Source: a virus
Taxonomy: Duplodnaviria; Caudoviricetes
IMG/VR virus record: IMGVR_UViG_3300010376_000124
Location: 1 to 25,675 of that record
Direction: 5' to 3' (one strand)
DNA length: 25,675 bases
A program made the position numbers and the translations under genes. Within the stretch, counting starts at the first letter, position 1, and each line of letters begins with the position of its first letter. Below are positions 8,952-16,610 of this stretch, piece after piece. A model generated the notes under the pieces. It was not told where the DNA came from and made no database searches. It saw only the letters and a program-made list of their open reading frames with translations.

Positions 8952-9331
8952 GGGTCGAGGACTGTGATGTCGGGGGTGACGATGACCATGCCGGCGAGGA
9001 CGGTCACCACCCGGCCGTCGCTGTAGGTGAGCTGCAGGTCCCATCCGCCCGAGGGGGCGGTCTGGCTGTCGGCGGCGTCGAGGTCTACGGCGATGGTGTT
9101 GGGCAGGGTGACGGTGCAGGTCATGTCGATGACCGGGGTGCCGCCGGGCCGGTCTCGGATCTGGGCGGCCACGGTGACGTCGGTGAGGTCGACGGGCTGG
9201 GTTTTGTCGGTGTCGGACCAGAGCACGAATTGCCAGCCGTAGCTGTCGCCGCGGTAGAGGCGCAGCGTGTAGTTGGCCGGCCCGACCGATGTGGAGCTCG
9301 ATGTGGTTGCTCGCGGCGCGGTCCGAACCAC
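8948..9331 (-). CDS. BppU-like / fibre-attachment beta-sandwich protein
   Basis: [11 protein letters not shown]...[14 protein letters not shown]...[27 protein letters not shown] pattern of phage BppU-N-like adaptors; ATGA-coupled to the collagen fibre gene. Confidence 0.65.
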   Translation of the reverse strand: MVRTAPRATTSSSTSVGPANYTLRLYRGDSYGWQFVLWSDTDKTQPVDLTDVTVAAQIRDRPGGTPVIDMTCTVTLPNTIAVDLDAADSQTAPSGGWDLQLTYSDGRVVTVLAGMVIVTPDITVLDP

Positions 9332-9378
9332 GGAACCGGAACGCTACCGCCCCCGAGCTGGGGTATCTACGGAACCCG

Positions 9379-9636
9379 AATTCGTGCACAATTCGTGCAC
9401 ACTCCAAATGAATCGGGGCCTCTCAGAGTCCATCTGGGCACCCCGAAATCAACAAGCGTGTCGGGGTGTTTTCGCAGGTCAGCCCGTGTTTCCGCAGGTC
9501 GGGGCATCAGACCCGAAATTGGGGTGTCTCGTATCCCGCCTACAGGCTGACTCACCGTCACTCACCCTTCTGACCAGCACTTATACGCCGGAGGGTGTCC
9601 GTTTTGCCCCTCGCTAGTGCACAATTCGTGCACACT
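9379..9636. other. attP: arm-type integrase sites flanking a central core
   Basis: Exact 20-bp direct repeat GTGCACAATTCGTGCACACT at 9384-9403 and 9617-9636, each built from tandem 11-mers; CGCAGGTC twice and TGACCAGC motifs of the type common near actinobacterial att sites; abuts the int stop codon. Confidence 0.85.
9533..9557 (+). ncRNA. rnpB: Fragment resembling the 3' end of RNase P RNA (P4 and P1 3' strands) in the attP core; not a full gene
   Basis: ATCCCGCCTACAGGCTGACTCACCG resembles the actinobacterial rnpB 3' terminus (recalled mycobacterial form ACAGAATCCGGCTTACAGGCCAACTCGTCCG). Confidence 0.65.
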
Positions 9637-10776
9637 TCAATTGAACGCCGACGCGGCTCGGCGCGTCTGGATGGCGTTGGTGACGGCCTGGCGGGTGCGG
9701 TCGTCGGCCGCTTTGAACAGGTGCCCGTAGCGGGCGGTCACCTCGGCCGAGGAGTGACCGAGCCGGATGCCAAGTTCGCGTTCGGAGCAGCCCGCGTCGA
9801 TGAGCACCGACGCGTAGTAGTGGCGCAGATCGTGAAAGCGGGTACCCGCGGGCAAACCGGCCCGGGTGACGGCGGCAGCGAAGGCGGCGTCGATGGCCTG
9901 GCGCCGGGCCGGGGTGTGGTAGCGGGTGGCGAGCACCAGTTCGACCTTCTCCTCGCCTGACACCCGGTCGGTGACCGCGGGCCGGCGCGGGAAGCGGGCC
10001 AGGTGCTCGGCGATCGTGTCGCCCAGCGATTCGGGGATGGGCACAGCCCGGCTCCGGCCCCGTTTGGGCAGGGCCAGGTGGAGCGGGATACCGCCGAGCG
10101 ACACCAGCTGGCGTTCGACCATGAGCAGGCCGCTGTGAAGCTGGCGCAGCCCGACCCGGCCGGTGGCCAGTCCTGCGGTCTCAGAGACCCGCAGACCGGC
10201 GTCCGCGGCTAGGTATCCGGCCAGGCGGTACCAGGCCGGCAGGCAGGCGATGACGGCCTCCACCTGGTCACCCTCGAGCGGGCTGACCATCGGCTTGGGC
10301 GCCTTGGGGGGGGCCAGGCCGGCGGTCGGGTTGTCGGTCAAAAGCCGGGCCCGCATGGCCGCCGCGAACAGTCCGGTGACCCACGCCCACACCCGCTCGA
10401 CAGTGGCCGGTGCCAGCCGGTCGTTGAGCCGGTCGAGGAGGTGCTGCAGCTCGAGTTCGCTGATGCGGCCGATCCGGGTGTGTGCGCCGAGGGTCGGGAC
10501 GATCCAGTTGCGCAGGTCGCTGTCACGGGTGGCGGCGGTGGCCGGGCCGTGTTTGGCGGTGGCCTGGTAGCGGCCGACCAGATCGACGAGGGGGGTTCGT
10601 GGCCCGGCCGGGTCGATGTAGCTGCCGGCCCGCCGGTCGTTTTCGACCTTGGCCGCGAACTCGCGGGCGTCGCCGGCCCGGTCGAAGTTGCGGGCTTTCT
10701 GGCGGTTCTGCGGGTCGCGGTAGCGGACCTGCCAGCGCGGACCGCGAGGGCCGTCCTGGCGTTTTACAGTGGCCAT
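9637..10776 (-). CDS. int: Tyrosine integrase
   Basis: N-terminal arm-binding domain (RWQVRYRDP); catalytic GLRVSE, FHDLRH, LGH and terminal Tyr (TARYGH); AGGAGG RBS. Confidence 0.96.
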   Translation of the reverse strand: MATVKRQDGPRGPRWQVRYRDPQNRQKARNFDRAGDAREFAAKVENDRRAGSYIDPAGPRTPLVDLVGRYQATAKHGPATAATRDSDLRNWIVPTLGAHTRIGRISELELQHLLDRLNDRLAPATVERVWAWVTGLFAAAMRARLLTDNPTAGLAPPKAPKPMVSPLEGDQVEAVIACLPAWYRLAGYLAADAGLRVSETAGLATGRVGLRQLHSGLLMVERQLVSLGGIPLHLALPKRGRSRAVPIPESLGDTIAEHLARFPRRPAVTDRVSGEEKVELVLATRYHTPARRQAIDAAFAAAVTRAGLPAGTRFHDLRHYYASVLIDAGCSERELGIRLGHSSAEVTARYGHLFKAADDRTRQAVTNAIQTRRAASAFN

Positions 10777-10805
10777 GTCACTGCCTCCTGGTTAGGTGGT
10801 GGCCA

Positions 10806-10837
10806 TGCCCCGGGCCGTCCCACACGGCGCCGGGGCA
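10806..10837 (-). terminator. GC-rich hairpin between repressor and integrase
   Basis: TGCCCCGG-GCCGT / ACGGC-g-CCGGGGCA, 13-bp stem with one bulge and a 5-nt loop; no U tract. Confidence 0.45.
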
Positions 10838-10862
10838 CATCTTGTGTGTCAGTGGGACAAGT

Positions 10863-11267
10863 TTAGGTGTCACCCCGGCGGGCGATCTGGCGGGCCAGGT
10901 ATTCGAGGGTCTTCTTCTGCTCGAGCATCTCGCGTACCGCCGCCTCGAGCGCCTCGAACGCGGCCCGAAGCTCTTGAAGCTCGGCGTAGGTCTGGCGGGT
11001 CAGGTCTTCGGGGCGGGCCACCTCGAGCGCCCGGGCCCGGCGCAGGTCATCGACCTCGGAGTCGCTCAAGTCGAGACCGACCCGCAGTTTTTCGAGGCTC
11101 TCGTCGGTCATGGGGCGATGGTTTGGGCCCTGCTGCTCGAGCTTGGAGGCGGCGCTCTCGGACAGTCCGGCCCGCCGGGCCATCTCCCTCTGGGTGAGCG
11201 GCCGACCACCCTGGCCGCGGGCAGCCCGGATTCTTCGTAGCACCTGCCCGACGCTCTCGGTGACCAT
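10863..11267 (-). CDS. XRE-family HTH immunity repressor
   Basis: VGQVLRRIRAA...LTQREMARRAGLSESAASKLEQ HTH_3 signature with a C-terminal coiled coil; divergent from xis/cro; start ATG 11267 or GTG 11288. Confidence 0.85.
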   Translation of the reverse strand: MVTESVGQVLRRIRAARGQGGRPLTQREMARRAGLSESAASKLEQQGPNHRPMTDESLEKLRVGLDLSDSEVDDLRRARALEVARPEDLTRQTYAELQELRAAFEALEAAVREMLEQKKTLEYLARQIARRGDT

Positions 11268-11288
11268 CCACAGATTCTTATTTCCCAC

Positions 11289-11449
11289 CAGTTACAGGTA
11301 CGTTCACCTGTGTTTATCCAGGTCAACTGACGTGACCACAGTGTGTGGTAACACACATTTTCCATAACATTGTCCCACTATTGACACAAACGCTGTGGGT
11401 GACGCTAAATAGAGGTCCTTAGCCTTTGAGCCACGAACGGGGGGTCCAC
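11289..11449. promoter_or_regulatory. Divergent lysis/lysogeny control region
   Basis: AT-richer intergenic region; palindromes ACAGGT-N6-ACCTGT (11294-11311), GGTCA-N7-TGACC (11321-11337), TGTGTG-N4-CACACA (11342-11357); TTGACA at 11381-11386. Confidence 0.7.
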
Positions 11450-11650
11450 GTGACGACCAACTCCGCGGCAGCCAAACGGCTGCTCAGCCCGACCGAGGCC
11501 GGCGAACGATACGGCTTCACCGCCGAACAGCTCCGCTACCTGGCCCGCACCCGCCAGATCCCGTTCATCCACGTCGGCCGGCTGATCAAGTTCCGCGAAG
11601 TGGACCTCGACGCCCACTTCGAAGCTCAGACCCGCCCGCCGCTACGCTGA
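11450..11650 (+). CDS. Excisionase/Cro-like HTH_17 DNA-binding protein
   Basis: RLLSPTEAGERYGF...LRYLARTRQIPFIHVGRLIKFREVDLD; GTG 11450 with a G-rich RBS. Confidence 0.85.
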   Translation: MTTNSAAAKRLLSPTEAGERYGFTAEQLRYLARTRQIPFIHVGRLIKFREVDLDAHFEAQTRPPLR

Positions 11651-11970
11651 TGCGCCCGGACCTGCGCAAGTTCGAGGGGCTCAAGGTGGAGGGCGCCGCG
11701 CTGCGGGTGACCGGGAAGATCGCCGAGCGGATCGGGGAGCTGGCCAAGGGCGAAGTGGTGTACTTCGTCGGGGTCGGCCCGGTAACCGAGGTGGCGTTCA
11801 AAGAGGTGGACGACGCCCTGGTCCGCTTTCATGTGATCAAGGCGACGTCGGTGGTGTTGATCGAGCGCAAGGACGGCGAGCGGATGCTGACCGAAGGGTC
11901 GATGCTGGCCGACGAGCGCTTCGGGGTCCAGAACCTGTTTAGCGGGGGTGACGGTGAAAGCCCGGATTGA
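11650..11970 (+). CDS. Hypothetical protein
   Basis: 106 aa, TGATG-coupled, typical codon usage. Confidence 0.75.
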   Translation: MRPDLRKFEGLKVEGAALRVTGKIAERIGELAKGEVVYFVGVGPVTEVAFKEVDDALVRFHVIKATSVVLIERKDGERMLTEGSMLADERFGVQNLFSGGDGESPD

Positions 11971-12049
11971 CCGGCCCGGCATGTACGGCCTGGCCCTGGT
12001 GGCAGTGACGGTGGCGATAGTGGTGCTGCTGGCGGTGGGGATCAGATGA
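11954..12049 (+). CDS. Small membrane peptide (MKARIDRPG-MYGLALVAVTVAIVVLLAVGIR)
   Basis: Not in the ORF track; start GTG 11954 or ATG 11981; its stop overlaps the next start (ATGA); single hydrophobic helix. Confidence 0.55.
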   Translation: MKARIDRPGMYGLALVAVTVAIVVLLAVGIR

Positions 12050-13035
12050 CCGGCCAAGAGGTCGAGGTCCTCTCGGGCGAGGCGCGCCGGGCGGTCGCCT
12101 GGTGGACGGCTTCGCCTAATCTGCCGGCCGCCTACATCGGCAAGCAGGGCGTGATCGACGTGGAAGGTTTGCGGTTGGCCGCGTTCGCGCTGCAGCGGCT
12201 GGATGTGGATCCTTTCGACACGCTCGGTGACACCTTCGTCATCACCGACAGCTACGGGCGTAAGAGTCTGGGGTTTAAGGCCGACCTGCAGCGGGCCCTG
12301 TTGACCCGCCATCCCGGCTACGACTTCGAAGTGCTCGAGGTGGACGACGAGCACATTGTGGCCCGGCTGCGGACCCCTTCGGGCTGGAAGACGCCGCTGA
12401 CCAAGAAGCTGACCGACCGGGACATGGTCGTGTACGCGGCGCGGGGCGCCAAGGACGGCGAGGAGATCAACGCTAACTATCGCGACAAGCCGCGGCGGAT
12501 GCTCGAAGCGAGGATCACGACCGAGCTGATCGACCTGTACGCCAAGGGTGTGCTGCGCGGCATCGTCGCCCAGGCCGCCCCCGATGTGCTGTTGATCGAC
12601 ACGCCGGACGAGGATGCGGCGTTACGGGCTGTGGAGGGCCGGCTGCGGGCGACCGCCCCGGACGGCACGACCATCCCTGAGCATCTGCGCGAGCCGGAGG
12701 TGACCGACGAGGTGCGGGCCGAGCTTTTGGCCAAGCTGGGCCGGCTGTCGGATGAGTCGCGGCAGTCGTTGAATCACAAGTGGTTCGTGGATTTGCACGC
12801 CCCGAACCCGAAGACGAACCGTTTTACCAAGGCGCATGGCGAGCTGCTGTCTCGGTTGATTGTGGAGACCGGGCCGCCTGAGATCCCCGGGCCGGCGCAG
12901 GCCGAGAACCCGCCGCCAGACGAGCCCCCGCCCGGCTCGTCACCGGCCGCCGGCCCGGGGCCCACCGTCGACCGGGAGACCGGCGAAATCCTCGACCAGC
13001 CGCCGCTGTACGGCCCCGACGAAGAACCGTTCTAA
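12046..13035 (+). CDS. RecT/Red-beta-like ssDNA annealing protein
   Basis: SLGFKADLQRAL and NYRDKPRRMLEARI...LYAKGVLRG resemble the RecT/Bet core; acidic tail VDRETGEILD...DEEPF. Confidence 0.6.
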   Translation: MTGQEVEVLSGEARRAVAWWTASPNLPAAYIGKQGVIDVEGLRLAAFALQRLDVDPFDTLGDTFVITDSYGRKSLGFKADLQRALLTRHPGYDFEVLEVDDEHIVARLRTPSGWKTPLTKKLTDRDMVVYAARGAKDGEEINANYRDKPRRMLEARITTELIDLYAKGVLRGIVAQAAPDVLLIDTPDEDAALRAVEGRLRATAPDGTTIPEHLREPEVTDEVRAELLAKLGRLSDESRQSLNHKWFVDLHAPNPKTNRFTKAHGELLSRLIVETGPPEIPGPAQAENPPPDEPPPGSSPAAGPGPTVDRETGEILDQPPLYGPDEEPF

Positions 13036-13530
13036 GTGATGGGCTTGTCCGAGCGGTTGGCCGAGCTTCGCCGCCAGGCCGCCGATGTGGTCGACCCGAA
13101 CCCGGCTGTGATCCCGGGCGGCCGCCAGTTCACGCTCGCCGCGGTGGATGTGGGCTGGCGGATCGCCTCGACCGAGAGGCATTACGCCAACGACGAATTC
13201 CAGCCCGAACCGCGGGGCGGGATCGTGGTCGAAGTGATCCGCCGCCGCCTCGATGACGTGGAGACGGGGGAGGTGTACGAGCAGACCCGATACCGGTGCC
13301 TGAACACCAGCCGATGGACCGTTACCAGTCCATGGGAGCTCCTCGACGCCGGCGAGGTCGACCGGGCGATGTTGGCGGGTGTGGATCGGCGTGGCTGTGA
13401 GGTGGCCGCGCTGTGGTGTGTGCGGGCCGCGATCTACCGGCCCCGCGGCAGCCAGACTGACCGGCTGAAAGACGACGAGCTGCTCCATGACGCGTGGCGG
13501 CTGGCGCACGCCTGGGCCGGCCGGCGGTGA
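13036..13530 (+). CDS. Hypothetical protein
   Basis: 164 aa, fills the operon without gaps. Confidence 0.7.
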   Translation: MMGLSERLAELRRQAADVVDPNPAVIPGGRQFTLAAVDVGWRIASTERHYANDEFQPEPRGGIVVEVIRRRLDDVETGEVYEQTRYRCLNTSRWTVTSPWELLDAGEVDRAMLAGVDRRGCEVAALWCVRAAIYRPRGSQTDRLKDDELLHDAWRLAHAWAGRR

Positions 13531-13724
13531 GCGGGGAGCCAGTCGAGCGAAACAAGGCGCTCACCCGCGCCGCCGCGCTACGAGTGATCGACCGGTGCCC
13601 GACCGAATACACCACCGACCGCGACGGGGTGCGTTTCACGGTGCGATGCAGACTCGACGCCGGGCATGCCGGCTGGCACCGCGGTTACACCGAAGTGAGC
13701 TTCGCCCCGATGGTCACACGGTGA
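13527..13724 (+). CDS. Small putative metal-binding protein (C...CxLxxGHxGxH)
   Basis: GTGA-coupled at both ends; RC...CRLDAGHAGWH motif; 65 aa. Confidence 0.65.
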   Translation: MSGEPVERNKALTRAAALRVIDRCPTEYTTDRDGVRFTVRCRLDAGHAGWHRGYTEVSFAPMVTR

Positions 13725-14044
13725 GCCCGCCGCGCAGTGTGCCGCGGGCGGTGCTGGCGCCGATCAACGAGAAGACGTTTCAGGACAAGCATGTGATCCC
13801 GCTGGCCGAGATGTTCGGCTGGTGGGTGTACCACCCGACATTGTCTAGATGGTCGGCTCGGGGCTGGCCGGACCTGGCGATGGTGCGCCCACCACGCCTG
13901 GTCCTGGCCGAACTCAAATCCGAGGCCGGTGTGGTGAGCGCCGACCAGCAGTACGTCCTCGACCTGCTCGGGCAGGTGCCGGGGATCGAGTGTTACCTGT
14001 GGAGACCGAGCGACCTCGATGAGATCGCCCGGCTCCTGCGCTGA
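13721..14044 (+). CDS. VRR-NUC (PD-(D/E)xK) nuclease / resolvase
   Basis: EKTFQ...GWPDL...LAELKSEAG.VSADQ...WRPSD; start GTG 13721. Confidence 0.88.
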   Translation: MSPPRSVPRAVLAPINEKTFQDKHVIPLAEMFGWWVYHPTLSRWSARGWPDLAMVRPPRLVLAELKSEAGVVSADQQYVLDLLGQVPGIECYLWRPSDLDEIARLLR

Positions 14045-14131
14045 CCCATCCCCGACCCGGGGCAGGCCGCCAGAACATAGCGAGAGGGGAGCTGACGCCG
14101 TGTCCCAGCAACCACGACAATGTAGGCGGCG

Positions 14132-14323
14132 GTGATGGCAACCAAGCGGATGCTCGACCGGCTCGATACCATCAACCGCCAGCTGGCCGACCGGGGGGCG
14201 GTCCCAGACTTGCCGACCGAGGACGCCCGGCGGGGCGACTGGTCGGACCGGGACCTGCGGTTGATCATCGAGGCGTCCCAGCATCGTCTGGCGGTGCTGA
14301 TGTCCACCAACGGCCGGCTGTGA
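14132..14323 (+). CDS. Hypothetical protein
   Basis: About 62 aa, helical, GTGA-coupled to the next gene. Confidence 0.6.
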   Translation: MMATKRMLDRLDTINRQLADRGAVPDLPTEDARRGDWSDRDLRLIIEASQHRLAVLMSTNGRL

Positions 14324-14928
14324 GCGGCCAGGCCATGCACCGGGTGATCCTGTACGGCCCCGAGGACGGCCGGCTGGCCTGGATGCTGGTGGTGATAGCG
14401 GATTGGATGAACGCGGAGGGCCGGGAGGCGAGGGTGGGGCAGCGGACCATCGCGGAGCGGGCGAGGACATCCAGGACGACGACACGGCGGCTACTGAATC
14501 GGGCGGTGAACGAGGGCTGGCTGAGTGTGGATAACCCGGGCGGGCCGCGCCGCCAGGCGGTGTATTCGCTCGGCCCGACACTGGTCGCGGAACAAGTTAT
14601 GGGCCAAAAGTGGCCCGCTGAGGGCCAAACCCCCTTAGAAAATGGCCCAGATACGGGCCAAATCCGTGAGGAAAATGGCCCACAGACGTCCGACGTAATT
14701 GGACGTAGCAGTCGCGCCGCCCGCACCCATGTGAGGCGGGCGGGCGACGCTGGGGACAAGGCTCCCCCCCGTGTTGCGCCGCACCCCCCCTCATGTGGTC
14801 TGTGCGAGGGGATGGGTATCCGGTCTACTGACGGAGGAAAGACCTACGAGCCATGTCCCGGCCCTACTGTCCCCGACGAGCCCGAGGCGGAGCCTTCGCC
14901 CCGCTCACGACGCCGGAGGCGCAAGTGA
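14320..14928 (+). CDS. HTH replication-initiator-like protein with C-terminal Cys cluster
   Basis: IADWMN...VGQRTIAERARTSRTTTRRLLNRAVNEGWL winged HTH; internal DNA iterons; CGLCEGMG...YEPC. Confidence 0.7.
   Translation: MSGQAMHRVILYGPEDGRLAWMLVVIADWMNAEGREARVGQRTIAERARTSRTTTRRLLNRAVNEGWLSVDNPGGPRRQAVYSLGPTLVAEQVMGQKWPAEGQTPLENGPDTGQIREENGPQTSDVIGRSSRAARTHVRRAGDAGDKAPPRVAPHPPSCGLCEGMGIRSTDGGKTYEPCPGPTVPDEPEAEPSPRSRRRRRK
14601..14707 (+). repeat. Iteron-like repeats, putative replication origin
   Basis: GGGCCAAA three times (14601, 14622, 14655), GAAAATGGCCCA twice (14638, 14671), palindrome GGGCCA-N4-TGGCCC (14601-14616), all inside the initiator gene. Confidence 0.65.
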
Positions 14929-15110
14929 GGTACCGCCGGTTCGTGCCGTCCGATCCGACCGTGCCGGCGGGGCCGCAGTACACGAAGGCGTGGCGGGAGT
15001 ATGTGCGGGCGGTTTTGGCCGCGAAGCATGAGGGGCGGGTGCCGCCGCCGCCGCCGGCTGCGGGCGGCCAGTTGCGTCTGATTCGGGGCGACGACAGCAA
15101 GGAGGAGTGA
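14925..15110 (+). CDS. Hypothetical protein
   Basis: GTG 14925 coupled to the upstream stop; 61 aa. Confidence 0.55.
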   Translation: MRYRRFVPSDPTVPAGPQYTKAWREYVRAVLAAKHEGRVPPPPPAAGGQLRLIRGDDSKEE

Positions 15111-15331
15111 TGGCCAAGGTGAAGGCTCCGTTGCGGAGCGTGAAACATTCGAGGGTGGGGCCGCGGTCGCAGCGGCTTCGGATGCCTGACGGGGGGGTGG
15201 CGATTGTGTGTGGTCCGCCGCCGCGCTACGACACGCTGGAGTGCGGCCACGAGGTGGTTACGTGGGGTGGTCGGGCGTCGAAGAGGCGCTGCCAGGAGTG
15301 TCTCGACGTTCAGGGGGAGCTGCCGTGTTGA
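15107..15331 (+). CDS. Small zinc-binding hypothetical protein
   Basis: AAGGAGGAG RBS; LECGH...RRCQEC. Confidence 0.7.
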   Translation: MMAKVKAPLRSVKHSRVGPRSQRLRMPDGGVAIVCGPPPRYDTLECGHEVVTWGGRASKRRCQECLDVQGELPC

Positions 15332-15420
15332 ACCTCTCGGAGCTGGAGCGGGCTCTGACGCCGATGCCGGACCTGCCGGCGCCGAACACTGAGGCCTTCC
15401 CGATGCGGACGATGCTGTGA
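15325..15420 (+). CDS. Tiny hypothetical peptide (about 30 aa)
   Basis: GGGGGAG upstream of GTG/TTG; fills the gap and couples to the next gene. Confidence 0.35.
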   Translation: MLNLSELERALTPMPDLPAPNTEAFPMRTML

Positions 15421-16004
15421 TGGGCGCGGGCGGTGGGAGTATCAACGTTGGCCAGCCGTACCGTTACGGCTACGTCGGTCCGCCGGGGCCGCCTGGGCCG
15501 GCGGGGCCTGCTGGCGAGCGGGGCGAGCCTGGTCCGGCCGGCGAGCGCGGCCCGGCCGGCGAGCCGGGTCCGCCGGGTGCGGGCGCGTCGCTGGAGTCCT
15601 ACGCGGTGGAGCTTGACTATGACGGTGATGTGCTGGTCGGCTCGGTCGGGCTGGTCGAAGTGCTGAGCGTGGATGTGCCGGCCGGGGCGTTTCAGGCGTC
15701 GGCGAATGTGCTGCTGGCGAACCGGTCCGACAATCCGCACAGTGTGGTGGTGTCGCTGTCGGCGGTGCCGCCGCCGCTGTCGTTTGGTGGGCCGCGGTCG
15801 GTTCAGGTGGCGCTGGGTCCGGGCGAGTTGCAGTCGGTGGCTATTGGTCCGGCGGTGGCTCAGATCGGCCCGGCCGGGTCGCGGGTGGTTCTGGTCGCGC
15901 AGCGCGATCCGGCTTACCCGGCCGATCAGGTGTGGGCGCTGGCCGATACCGATAGCCCGGCGCGGGCTGGGGCGACTGCGCTTTTGGTGTGGGGAGGCGA
16001 GTGA
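15417..16004 (+). CDS. Collagen-repeat protein with C-terminal beta-rich domain
   Basis: GPPGPPGPAGPAGERGEPGPAGERGPAGEPGPPG followed by a Val-rich beta domain. Confidence 0.75.
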   Translation: MMGAGGGSINVGQPYRYGYVGPPGPPGPAGPAGERGEPGPAGERGPAGEPGPPGAGASLESYAVELDYDGDVLVGSVGLVEVLSVDVPAGAFQASANVLLANRSDNPHSVVVSLSAVPPPLSFGGPRSVQVALGPGELQSVAIGPAVAQIGPAGSRVVLVAQRDPAYPADQVWALADTDSPARAGATALLVWGGE

Positions 16005-16363
16005 TGTTGGACGGGGTGCGTAAGCCGGATTCGGATCGGGTGCGGATCTGTGAGCATCCGTGGCACAAAACTCAGCCGCCGACGACGTACCGGGAGCGGG
16101 TGTGGTTGGGCCGCTATCCGATTGTGGTGGTGTCGGAGTTGGCCGGGAATCGGGGGGCGTCGGTGACGAACAATGCGGAGGCGATTTGGTTTCAGTCTCG
16201 GGGCGAGTGGTCGGGGGCGACGGTGATCGAGCATTACGGGCCGGAGTCTTATGACAAGCCGGACGGGCATGTGGAGACGTTCGATTTGCTGTTCGTGGAG
16301 GAGGGTGTGGCCCGGTGGCGGGCGCTGACCCCGCTGGTGGAGCTGCTCACCAATGGCCGATAA
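16004..16363 (+). CDS. Hypothetical protein
   Basis: GGGAGG RBS, TGATG coupling; 119 aa. Confidence 0.7.
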   Translation: MLDGVRKPDSDRVRICEHPWHKTQPPTTYRERVWLGRYPIVVVSELAGNRGASVTNNAEAIWFQSRGEWSGATVIEHYGPESYDKPDGHVETFDLLFVEEGVARWRALTPLVELLTNGR

Positions 16364-16610
16364 TGACGTTTATCGGGATCTCACCTTTGTTGATCCCATC
16401 CGGCAAAGGAAATGCGTTCTGGTGATCCCCCCGGAGGGCCGGGTCTATCCCACCGCCGGCGAGCCGAAGATCGGGATCGCCCACCCGGACTGTGACGAGC
16501 TGGCCGACCTGTCGGTAGAGCTGGACGCCTTTTACTGCCCCGCCTGCGGGTGGAACGGCCGCGTTAGCGGCGCCTGGTGTATCGACATGATCGAAAGGAG
16601 CAACCGATGA
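16353..16610 (+). CDS. Small zinc-ribbon-like protein
   Basis: HPDC...FYCPACGWNG; 85 aa. Confidence 0.7.
   Translation: MADNDVYRDLTFVDPIRQRKCVLVIPPEGRVYPTAGEPKIGIAHPDCDELADLSVELDAFYCPACGWNGRVSGAWCIDMIERSNR

Noticed and set aside
9379-9636. 20-bp repeats as a mini-CRISPR array or tRNA-derived att
   Set aside because: Only two copies about 230 bp apart, no cas genes, no T-loop/CCA motif; they fit integrase arm sites.
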